Shown in pieces: positions 1 through 11,676 of a stretch of DNA of 64,000 nt. Made by a program: the position numbers and the translations under genes. The stretch spans positions 434,001-498,000 of the forward strand of contig OZ037766.1 in NCBI GenBank assembly GCA_964035545.1, read 5' to 3'. The stretch's first letter is position 1; each line of letters begins with the position of its first letter. The notes under the pieces were generated by a model. That model had not been told where the DNA came from and did no database searches. It saw only the letters and a program-made list of their open reading frames with translations. This stretch comes from Bugula neritina. Its lineage: Eukaryota > Animalia > Bryozoa.

Positions 1-3000
1 GTATGAGAAGAGAGTACAAGTATGAGAAGAGAGTACAAGTATGAGAAGAGAGTACAAGTATGAGAAGAGAGTACAAGTATGAGAAGAGAGTACAGGTATG
101 AGAAGAGAGTACAAGTATGAGAAGAGAGTACAAGTATGAGAAGAGAGTACAAGTATGAGAACAGAGTACAAGTATGAGAAGAGAGTACAGGTATGAGAAG
201 AGAGTACAAGTATGAGAAGAGAGTACAAGTATGAGAAGAGAGTACAGGTATGAGAAGAGAGTACAAGTATGAGAAGAGAGTACAGGTATGAGAAGAGAGT
301 ACAAGTATGAGAAGAGAGTACAAGTATGAGAAGAGAGTATGAGAAGAGAGTACAAGTATGAGAAGAGAATACAAGTATGAGAAGAGAGTACAAGTATGAG
401 AAGAGAGTACAGGTATGAGAAGAGAGTACAAGTATGAGAAGAGAGTACAAGTATGAGAAGAGAGTACAGGTATGAGAAGAGAGTACAGGTATGAGAAGAG
501 AATACAAGTATGAGAAGAGAGTACAAGTATGAGAAGAGAATACAGGTATGAGAAGAGAGTACAAGTATGAGAAGAGAGTACAGGTATGAGAAGAGAGTAC
601 AAGTATGAGAAGAGAGTACAGGTATGAGAAGAGAGTACAGGTATGAGAAGAGAGTACAGGTATGAGAAGAGAGTACAAGTATGAGAAGAGAGTACAAGTA
701 TGAGAAGAGAGTACAGGTATGAGAAGAGAGTACAAGTATGAGAAGAGAGTACAAGTATGAGAAGAGAGTACAAGTATGAGAAGAGAATACAGGTATGAGA
801 AGAGAGTATGAGAAGAGAGTACAAGTATGAGAAGAGAGTACAAGTATGAGAAGAGAGTACAAGTATGAGAAGAGAGTACAGGTATGAGAAGAGAGTACAG
901 GTATGAGAAGAGAGTACAAGTATGAGAAGAGAGTACAAGTATGAGAAGAGAGTACAGGTATGAGAAGAGAGTACAAGTATGAGAAGAGAGTACAAGTATG
1001 AGAAGAGAGTATGAGAAGAGAGTACAGGTATGAGAAGAGAGTACAGGTATGAGAAGAGAATACAAGTATGAGAAGAGAGTATGAGAAGAGAGTACAAGTA
1101 TGAGAAGAGAGTACAGGTATGAGAAGAGAGTACAAGTATGAGAAGAGAGTACAGGTATGAGAAGAGAGTACAGGTATGAGAAGAGAGTACAGGTATGAGA
1201 AGAGAGTACAGGTATGAGAAGAGAGTACAGGTATGAGAAGAGAGTACAAGTATGAGAAGAGAGTACAAGTATGAGAAGAGAGTACAGGTATGAGAAGAGA
1301 GTACAGGTATGAGAAGAGAGTACAGGTATGAGAAGAGAGTACAGGTATGAGAAGAGAGTACAAGTATGAGAAGAGAGTACAAGTATGAGAACAGAGTACA
1401 AGTATGAGAAGAGAGTACAAGTATGAGAAGAGAGTATGAGAAGAGAGTACAGGTATGAGAAGAGAGTACAGGTATGAGAAGAGAGTACAAGTATGAGAAG
1501 AGAGTACAAGTATGAGAAGAGAATACAGGTATGAGAAGAGAGTACAGGTATGAGAAGAGAGTATGAGAAGAGAATACAGGTATGAGAAGAGAGTACAGGT
1601 ATGAGAAGAGAATACAGGTATGAGAAGAGAGTACAAGTATGAGAAGAGAGTACAAGTATGAGAAGAGAGTACAGGTATGAGAAGAGAGTACAAGTATGAG
1701 AAGAGAGTACAAGTATGAGAAGAGAGTACAGGTATGAGAAGAGAGTACAAGTATGAGAAGAGAATACAGGTATGAGAAGAGAGTACAAGTATGAGAAGAG
1801 AGTACAAGTATGAGAAGAGAGTATGAGAAGAGAGTACAGGTATGAGAAGAGAGTACAGGTATGAGAAGAGAATACAAGTATGAGAAGAGAGTATGAGAAG
1901 AGAGTACAAGTATGAGAAGAGAGTACAGGTATGAGAAGAGAGTACAAGTATGAGAAGAGAGTATGAGAAGAGAGTACAGGTATGAGAAGAGAGTACAGGT
2001 ATGAGAAGAGAGTACAAGTATGAGAAGAGAGTACAAGTATGAGAAGAGAGTACAGGTATGAGAAGAGAGTACAGGTATGAGAAGAGAGTACAGGTATGAG
2101 AAGAGAGTACAGGTATGAGAAGAGAGTACAAGTATGAGAAGAGAGTACAAGTATGAGAAGAGAGTACAGGTATGAGAAGAGAGTACAAGTATGAGAAGAG
2201 AGTATGAGAAGAGAGTACAAGTATGAGAAGAGAATACAGGTATGAGAAGAGAGTATGAGAAGAGAGTATGAGAAGAGAGTACAGGTATGAGAAGAGAGTA
2301 CAAGTATGAGAAGAGAGTACAGGTATGAGAAGAGAGTACAGGTATGAGAAGAGAATACAAGTATGAGAAGAGAGTATGAGAAGAGAGTACAGGTATGAGA
2401 AGAGAGTACAGGTATGAGAAGAGAATACAAGTATGAGAAGAGAGTATGAGAAGAGAGTACAAGTATGAGAAGAGAGTACAGGTATGAGAAGAGAGTACAA
2501 GTATGAGAAGAGAGTACAAGTATGAGAAGAGAGTACAGGTATGAGAAGAGAGTACAAGTATGAGAAGAGAGTACAAGTATGAGAAGAGAGTACAGGTATG
2601 AGAAGAGAGTATGAGAAGAGAATACAAGTATGAGAAGAGAGTACAAGTATGAGAAGAGAGTACAAGTATGAGAAGAGAGTACAGGTATGAGAAGAGAGTA
2701 CAGGTATGAGAAGAGAGTACAGGTATGAGAAGAGAGTACAAGTATGAGAAGAGAGTACAAGTATGAGAAGAGAGTACAGGTATGAGAAGAGAGTACAAGT
2801 ATGAGAAGAGAGTATGAGAAGAGAGTACAAGTATGAGAAGAGAATACAGGTATGAGAAGAGAGTATGAGAAGAGAGTACAAGTATGAGAAGAGAGTACAG
2901 GTATGAGAAGAGAATACAAGTATGAGAAGAGAGTACAGGTATGAGAAGAGAGTACAAGTATGAGAAGATAATACAGGTATGAGAAGAGAGTACAGGTATG

Positions 3001-5775
3001 AGAAGAGAGTACAGGTATGAGAAGAGAGTACAGGTATGAGAAGAGAGTACAGGTATGAGAAGAGAGTACAAGTATGAGAAGAGAATACAAGTATGAGAAG
3101 AGAGTACAAGTATGAGAAGAGAATACAAGTATGAGAAGAGAATACAAGTATGAGAAGAGAGTACAAGTATGAGAAGAGAGTACAAGTATGAGAAGAGAGT
3201 ACAGGTATGAGAAGAGAGTACAAGTATGAGAAGAGAATACAAGTATGAGAAGAGAATACAGGTATGAGAAGAGAGTACAGGTATGAGAAGAGAGTATGAG
3301 AAGAGAGTACAAGTATGAGAAGAGAATACAGGTATGAGAAGAGAGTATGAGAAGAGAGTACAGGTATGAGAAGAGAGTACAGGTATGAGAAGAGAGTATG
3401 AGAAGAGAGTACAAGTATGAGAAGAGAGTACAAGTATGAGAAGAGAGTACAGGTATGAGAAGAGAATACAAGTATGAGAAGAGAGTATGAGAAGAGAGTA
3501 CAAGTATGAGAAGAGAGTACAGGTATGAGAAGAGAATACAAGTATGAGAAGAGAGTACAGGTATGAGAAGAGAGTACAGGTATGAGAAGAGAGTACAAGT
3601 ATGAGAAGAGAGTACAAGTATGAGAAGAGAGTATGAGAAGAGAGTACAAGTATGAGAAGAGAGTACAGGTATGAGAAGAGAATACAAGTATGAGAAGAGA
3701 GTACAGGTATGAGAAGAGAATACAAGTATGAGAAGAGAGTACAAGTATGAGAAGAGAGTACAAGTATGAGAAGAGAGTACAGGTATGAGAAGAGAGTACA
3801 GGTATGAGAAGAGAGTACAGGTATGAGAAGAGAGTACAGGTATGAGAAGAGAGTACAAGTATGAGAAGAGAATACAAGTATGAGAAGAGAGTACAGGTAT
3901 GAGAAGAGAGTACAGGTATGAGAAGAGAGTACAAGTATGAGAAGAGAGTACAAGTATGAGAAGAGAATACAAGTATGAGAAGAGAGTACAGGTATGAGAA
4001 GAGAGTATGAGAAGAGAGTACAAGTATGAGAAGAGAGTACAAGTATGAGAAGAGAGTACAGGTATGAGAAGAGAGTACAGGTATGAGAAGAGAGTACAAG
4101 TATGAGAAGAGAGTACAAGTATGAGAAGAGAGTACAAGTATGAGAAGAGAGTACAAGTATGAGAAGAGAGTACAAGTATGAGAAGAGAATACAGGTATGA
4201 GAAGAGAATACAAGTATGAGAAGAGAGTACAGGTATGAGAAGAGAGTACAGGTATGAGAAGAGAGTACAAGTATGAGAAGAGAATACAGGTATGAGAAGA
4301 GAGTACAGGTATGAGAAGAGAGTACAGGTATGAGAAGAGAGTACAGGTATGAGAAGAGAGTACAGGTATGAGAAGAGAGTACAAGTATGAGAAGAGAATA
4401 CAAGTATGAGAAGAGAGTACAGGTATGAGAAGAGAGTACAGGTATGAGAAGAGAGTACAGGTATGAGAAGAGAGTACAAGTATGAGAAGAGAGTACAGGT
4501 ATGAGAAGAGAATACAAGTATGAGAAGAGAGTACAAGTATGAGAAGAGAGTACAAGTATGAGAAGAGAGTACAAGTATGAGAAGAGAGTACAAGTATGAG
4601 AAGAGAGTACAGGTATGAGAAGAGAATACAGGTATGAGAAGAGAGTACAGGTATGAGAAGAGAGTACAAGTATGAGAAGAGAGTACAGGTATGAGAAGAG
4701 AGTACAGGTATGAGAAGAGAGTACAGGTATGAGAAGAGAGTACAGGTATGAGAAGAGAGTACAGGTATGAGAAGAGAGTACAGGTATGAGAAGAGAGTAC
4801 AAGTATGAGAAGAGAGTATGAGAAGAGAGTACAGGTATGAGAAGAGAGTACAGGTATGAGAAGAGAGTACAGGTATGAGAAGAGAGTACAAGTATGAGAA
4901 GAGAGTATGAGAAGAGAATACAAGTATGAGAAGAGAGTACAGGTATGAGAAGAGAGTATGAGAAGAGAGTACAAGTATGAGAAGAGAGTACAGGTATGAG
5001 AAGAGAGTACAAGTATGAGAAGAGAGTATGAGAAGAGAATACAGGTATGAGAAGAGAGTACAGGTATGAGAAGAGAGTACAGGTATGAGAAGAGAGTACA
5101 GGTATGAGAAGAGAGTACAAGTATGAGAAGAGAGTACAGGTATGAGAAGAGAGTACAAGTATGAGAAGAGAGTACAGGTATGAGAAGAGAGTACAGGTAT
5201 GAGAAGAGAGTACAAGTATGAGAAGAGAGTACAGGTATGAGAAGAGAGTACAAGTATGAGGAGAGAATACAAGTATGAGAAGAGAGTACAGGTATGAGAA
5301 GAGAGTACAAGTATGAGAAGAGAGTACAGGTATGAGAAGAGAGTACAAGTATGAGAAGAGAGTACAGGTATGAGAAGAGAATACAAGTATGAGAAGAGAA
5401 TACAGGTATGAGAAGAGAGTACAGGTATGAGAAGAGAGTACAGGTATGAGAAGAGAATACAGGTATGAGAAGAGAGTACAGGTATGAGAAGAGAGTACAA
5501 GTATGAGAAGAGAGTACAGGTATGAGAAGAGAGTACAGGTATGAGAAGAGAGTACAAGTATGAGAAGAGAATACAGGTATGAGAAGAGAGTACAAGTATG
5601 AGAAGAGAGTACAGGTATGAGAAGAGAGTACAAGTATGAGAAGAGAGTACAAGTATGAGAAGAGAGTACAGGTATGAGAAGAGAGTACAGGTATGAGAAG
5701 AGAATACAAGTATGAGAAGAGAGTACAAGTATGAGAAGAGAGTACAAGTATGAGAAGAGAGTACAGGTATGAGAA
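1..5775. repeat. 19-bp satellite (GTATGAGAAGAGAGTACAR), about 300 copies, inside an astacin intron; continues beyond the window start
   Basis: Directly visible. Variants are CAA/CAG, GAGAATAC and a 13-bp short unit (GTATGAGAAGAGA). The array ends about 15 bp from the minus-strand donor at 5790. Confidence 0.98.
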
Positions 5776-5790
5776 CTCCTAGTAACATAC

Positions 5791-8700
5791 GTTGGCACAA
5801 CTGGATGATAGACTGAGAGTCTGTGAAGTGTTACGGCTACGTCTAAGGTGACACCCGCTACATCCTGAATGTGACCAGCACCCCGGCCCGTTGTAGACCC
5901 GCACAGCATGACGATGTCCAATCAGAGCTGCAACAAGCACAAGAAGAAGTACGACCCTGGCCCCTACATCTCTTACTGTGTATTCTAAACATTACTTGGA
6001 GAGACCACATATTACATGTATTCCATGTTTCTGATAAATATATTCCTCCCACATTAGTCCTTACAAATTTGCCCCTAGGACTTCAGTCAAACTAAAGATT
6101 TCCAGGATACCATTCAACTGTTACAGGTATACAATATTAAGCAAACTCATTATTGGTAGAGTCTGTGAGAGGAACATATCAATAAATCAGAATTAATCAG
6201 TATCAGTATGACCAGGTGCAATATGCAGCTGGTCATTCATCATACACTAAGCTGCTATTTATAGCAATGAAACTCATCAGAAACAGAGTTTATATTTTAA
6301 AACTTGGTTAGAATTTACTAAATCAATAACCAGAATAAAGTTGATGATAATAACAGCTGTTGGTAAAGTTAGACCCAGCAGTTATTTGGGAGTTTACAGT
6401 AAACCAATTGACAAGGAAGTGCCTGGATATATTTAGCATATCCTGTATAGAGAGTTGTGTCCTCTTCACAGTGTAATAGAGTAACCATGAGGTCTACAAA
6501 CTGTGCTGCTGGTAAGGCAGCATTACGTGTAGGAACTCAGGTAATTACTCGCAACTGTTACAATACTAAGTTCAAGGTTAAACTCAACAGGTTCCAGTAT
6601 TCAGTAGATACGACACTGTGGGGTATAAACAGACTGGTGAGTCATAATTAATTACTTTCTACAAGGAAGTGAGATCAGTTCCAGAAAGTTCTGGAGGGAG
6701 TTTCAGGGAGTTCCTGTTGGCGTGGAAACAGCCTAACAAGGAGGTTGGAAGGAGAAATGGGCCAGCACACCTGGCGTAGGTCCTAATGAGTCAACTGAGA
6801 CGAGATGTGGGCACTAACCTAGCGTCACTGAGTCCAGCTCTGACAGTTCTATGAACTTAATACAGGAAACAGACTGTAGGTATTGTAATCCTGCTGACAC
6901 TGCTTGTTTGATGCTCCAGCGACTGTAACCTACAGAGGAGACGGGTAGAGTGTGACACTCACTGTACATGTTACTACAGAGTAACAGCACAGTAGTGTAG
7001 GGAGTACCTGTGGTGTACGTATCCAGGTCTATGTAGTACGGCACTATACCATGTGGCCACATATTCCTTCCTCGTACAGCAGAGAGCCGAACTTGTCTCT
7101 TCTGTCGACTGGGCTACAGAGAGACCAAAGACAAAGGTAGCATGTAGCTGGTTTCAGATCCTTACATGTGGCAGTCTTATAAACTTAAGTCTTTCTTTAA
7201 GTGAAACAAATCATAGAAAAATATCTGGTTTATATAAGTTCTTCTTGTGACTTCCTGTAAGGAAACCTGAGTTATTTAGAACCTGTCTATTTCTTCTACT
7301 AATATCTGTGTTAATACTCAATGTTAACATCTATATTATCTGCGGGTGTATTTAGTATGAACATGATATAATATATAACATACTGCTGTAGACATCAAGT
7401 AAACTATATAATATATAACGGAATACTGCTGTAGACATCAAGTGAATTATTTTACCTTAAGAGGTTTTGTGGACTCAATTTCATCCGAAGCATACGTCTG
7501 CTGCTCAACTTCCTGTTTGATGCTGGTCAGTCTACTGTAGGCGTCCTTAGAGAGAGGCTAGACGAGAGAAGAGAACATAACTCTACCTGTACAGTATATA
7601 ACTCTACCTGTACAGTATATAACTCTACCTGTACAGTATATTACTCTACCTGTACAGTATACAACTCTACCTGTACAGTATACAACTCTACCTGTACAGT
7701 ATACAACTCTACCTGTACAGTATATAACTCTACCTGTACACTATATAACTCTACCTGTACAGTATATAACTCTACCTGCACAGTATATAACTTTACCTGT
7801 ACAGTATATAACTCTACCTGGACAACCTGGTTGGTGTTTAAATAGACATCCTGTCTGCTTTTCCTGAAACTTTCAACTCTGAATTCTAAATCCTCATAGA
7901 GGAGGGGCGGAGCTTGTGTCTGCAGAAGTATTACATCACAATTTGGTTAATTGTTATTATATAATTCAGTGTAATATATTATATTATATTATATCATACT
8001 ATATACAATACAATGTAATATATAATAATGTATTATATAATATACCATACAGTGTAATATACAATACGATATGAAACGTTACAATAGGTTACTATACATA
8101 ATATGATTACCTATACAAATTATATAATACGTATTATGTTTGAATAAATTATACGTAATAAAACAACATAATACAATAGCTATATTGAATTACAATATAA
8201 TATCAGTTTAGATAAATATAGTACAATATATTAAAATATAATGTATTATATAATAATTTTACATAAAACTTTAATTATATGTGCTTCTCTCAAAAATCTG
8301 ATTGCCCATCATGCATAGCACTAGAAGCATGTCAGTATAACACACTAAGACAGGTGAACAGGAAGTGAGATGTCACACCTGTGATATATTGCTCGTCAAT
8401 AGCTACCTCAGTACCTGTATTATAGGCTAACACCATATTTCTCTCTCCTAATTACAGCCATTATATCACAATCATTCACACAGTCTTCTATACTAGGTTA
8501 GGCAGAGTATTCTTAGTGAAAAACTGCATATTATGCAATTTTGCTCATCTTAAAATCACCACCATACAAAACAGCGTTAACCTATTCTACTGGTTATTTT
8601 CTACATGTTCTACTAGTAATTTTAAATTCTCCAAAACCATAAAAATAAAAGAAATTCAACTACATATTTAGAAATATTAAATCTATGTTTTATGAAACCA

Positions 8701-9086
8701 CTTGCCTACCAAAACATAAATAATAAGTTATATAACAAGCTTTGGGAGAAGAAGCAATGTTACAGTTTACACAGAAATACTTTCAAGATAAGAGTAAAGC
8801 TGCAAACTACTAATAACTATGACTTTTAACTAGGAGTAATAACTATGATTAATAATTAGGAGCAATAACTAGGAGTAATATCTAGAATTGTGACTATCAA
8901 CCATGACTAATAATTACTAATAACGGTGACTAATAACTATATCTATTAACTATAACTATTAGTTATGACTAATGAATATATCTGTAACTAATAACTATGT
9001 ATGACTCGCACCTTGCTAGCTGACCCTGTGATAAGACAGTAGAGAAAGGCAGCTAATAGACAAACCCTCTGGTCTGAGATATCCAT
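5791..9086 (-). CDS. Astacin-family (M12A) metalloprotease, 5' part; the HExxH exon is expected left of the window
   Basis: Phase-consistent GT-AG exons: 9086-9012 (signal-peptide-like MDISDQRVCLLAAFLYCLITGSASK), 7919-7818, 7557-7456, 7113-7008 (RQKR furin-type site, MWPHGIVPYYID), ~6929-6819 (SCIKFIE), 5927-5791 (NGPGCWSHSG...QTLSLSSSC). The motif order WP.G.VPY / CI.F / GC.S..G / Q.LSL...C is that of astacins. Confidence 0.85.
7578..7820 (-). repeat. 21-bp minisatellite copying the astacin exon-end/donor junction (CAG|GTAGAGTTATATACTGTA), 12 donor copies
   Basis: Makes up about 231 of the 260 nt of intron 7558-7817. Confidence 0.93.
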
Positions 9087-9682
9087 CAGCAGGTAATACT
9101 GGCTACTCGACCTCTACAAGAGTGTTTATTCTGAATGAGTGATGGTATACGTTAGATATCAAATAGTTTGAGAGTTTAGTGTTTAAATATATATTAGTTA
9201 CTTTTCCATCAAACATTATCTACTCAAATAATGTCTGCTCGAACTTATTTCTTTGGGATAAACTAGAAATTCTACAACTAAAACTTGTAGGTACATTACC
9301 CAAACGCTGATGAATTTTCTAAAAACCTGTAACAGAAATGTTTGGCAGATGTCAAGTGAAAATTACCAGGTAGAAGGTTCTCAGAGAGCTGAAATAAATC
9401 ACTCGGCCTTCACAGGAAGAGAGAGACAGGCGGAATGTGTGTTATTTTACCTCCTTGTGTAAAACATGCATGACATTGGTATGAGGACTTTGCAAGCCTT
9501 GGAGAGAGAATATCTTTCTTGTTTATAAATATTCAAAGGAAATAATTTCTCTACAAAACAAATTCTCTGTGGAATAAAAGCAAAACTTTGTTAACTCTAG
9601 AATAAAAGTTAAAAATTCATCCTAAATGTTTATGAGTAGAGGCAGCGGGTAGTAAGAAATGAGACAAAGGAGAAATAATATA

Positions 9683-10096
9683 TGGGTCATTTTTCTTGAT
9701 TGAGCACACACTGGAAATCTCCCGTTTTTATCTATTTTTTACAATTAGCTGCTAATAAACATGGGTTTTTGCCCAAAACTAGTAAAATATCAATAAACAC
9801 ACCTAAATAATCAAGGTTCTTAATTTTGCTTGATTTCCATGTTTTTTCCTAATTATTCAGCTACTTTTAAATTCATAAAGTTATGGTTTTTTCATAACAC
9901 TCTGCAATCAAAAGTAGCTGAATAATTAGAAAAAAACATGGGAAATCAAGCAAAATTAAGAACCTTGATTATTTAGGTGTGTTCATTGATATTTTACTAG
10001 TTTCGGGCGAAAACCCATGTTTATTAGCAGCTAATTGTAAAAAAAAGCTAAAAACTGGAGATTTCCAGTGTGTACTAAATTAAGAAAAATGACCCA
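9683..10096. mobile_element. Fold-back MITE with TA target duplication (Tc1/mariner-type non-autonomous element)
   Basis: TA|TGGGTCATTTTTCTT...AAGAAAAATGACCCA|TA, with imperfect inverted arms of roughly 190-200 bp covering almost the whole element. A ~22-bp piece of the arm (AGATTTCCAGTGTGTACTAAA) recurs at ~19243. Confidence 0.85.
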
Positions 10097-11214
10097 TATT
10101 CACTCATAAGTATGTATAGTGCAGTATAAATACCTCCATAAATGTGAAAATAGAGATATAAGTAATACACTTACCTTAATAAGTTAACTAGAATAACATT
10201 TAAACAAATAAACTGCAATCCAACAGCTGTTTATCCAATGAACCTCTCCAACACACATGGCCATCTAAACTGGAGTGTTGAGTATATGTGACATTAATAA
10301 CTTGCAGGTATTCTCATTTACATATATCCCTCTAACAGTGCCAAATAAAACTGTAATATCAGTGTGATTTCACCGTCAACTTTGTGCAGGGTAGCTAGGT
10401 AATAATGGAGATGTAGAGGAAGCGGGTAGAGAGGTGTGATGTGGAGAATCAACTGTCTAATGCCGGAATGGATGTGCAGGAATGTGACTGGGAAATCATG
10501 ACTAACATCTGGAACCCAAGTAGGGCTGTGACAGTCTTGAGAAGATGGAAGATACCAGTAATGAAGCTAGTTTAGTATTTCAGTCTATTGTGTACTAACT
10601 TCCTGTCTCTTAGGCACACAAGTTACAACGTATTAAATGCGTCTAGCCAACAACAGTGCTGTGTACTTTGAGTTTGTGTGGAGCAGTTGAGAAAAGACTG
10701 AGGACCAGAAGTACTGATAGCCTGTGTAACTAGACCAAGGAAAGGGCTAACTGTTGAGAATAGAGCAGGTGAATACAGACAGAGAGGCCACAATACTTGT
10801 TATGAGGTATAATACTAGCTAAACCCTAACGTGCAGTGCAAGGTTGTGAGTTATCATTCCTTGTGACACACAACAGAAAACCAACACACGGTTCTTTGCA
10901 TGTAATAAACTAGAACTAACACACACCTTTATTCTCACAATATATTTTGTTAGAACTTGGAAATGACATAATTTGAGAGAAAAACTAAATGGAGTTACAA
11001 TTTTCAATCTCAGCAATTCTTAGTTTTGGGTAATCATACCAAGAGTTCAGAAATCCTATAATTTTCAAAAATAAAGTAAATTTCAAAATTCAGATTGAAA
11101 TAGAGAAATTATACTTTTTTTGAGTGGTAAAGCAAAAACCAAATGAAAGCAGATTTTACCAGAGTACCAAGTTATTAGTTCTGCCCAGAAGTAATGCTGA
11201 GATTAAGTGATTCA

Positions 11215-11362
11215 GTTGTACCCTAGGGTAGGGTGTGTACCCTAGTGTAGGGTTTGTACCCTAGTGAGGGGTATGTACCCTAGTGTAGGGTTTGTACCCT
11301 AGTGTAGAGTTTGTACCCTAGTGAGGGGTGTGTACCCTAGTGAGGGGTGTGTACCCTAGTGT
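11215..11362. repeat. ~20-bp minisatellite (TGTACCCTAGTGWRGGGT)
   Basis: About 7 copies downstream of the VCPKMT stop. Confidence 0.85.
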
Positions 11363-11676
11363 GGACACACCAATATGAGATGGCAGTATTGATTAAACTA
11401 ATATATACAAACACAATGACTTGCTCTAAATATCCCCCTAGTGGGTAGTCAATAAACCAGCTGAATGTTTACAGAGTTGATTCAGTAAGAGTTGTCACAT
11501 TCCTGTCACAACTCAGCTGTCACAAGTACATTTCTTATAACTTCACTTACTACTACTGCAGGCTGCTAATTTATAGTAAGTAATCTTTGCGCCTTTACTT
11601 TGAGAGTTGGGCGGAGTTAGATGTAGGTCAGCATGGAAATGGGTGGAGTTAACGTAGAACAGACACAAAGCCGGTC

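Noticed and set aside
6600-6735. Possible extra astacin exon after CTTGTTAG at ~6732
   Set aside because: All frames reach a stop, and exon 6819 joins exon 5927 in phase with correct astacin spacing.
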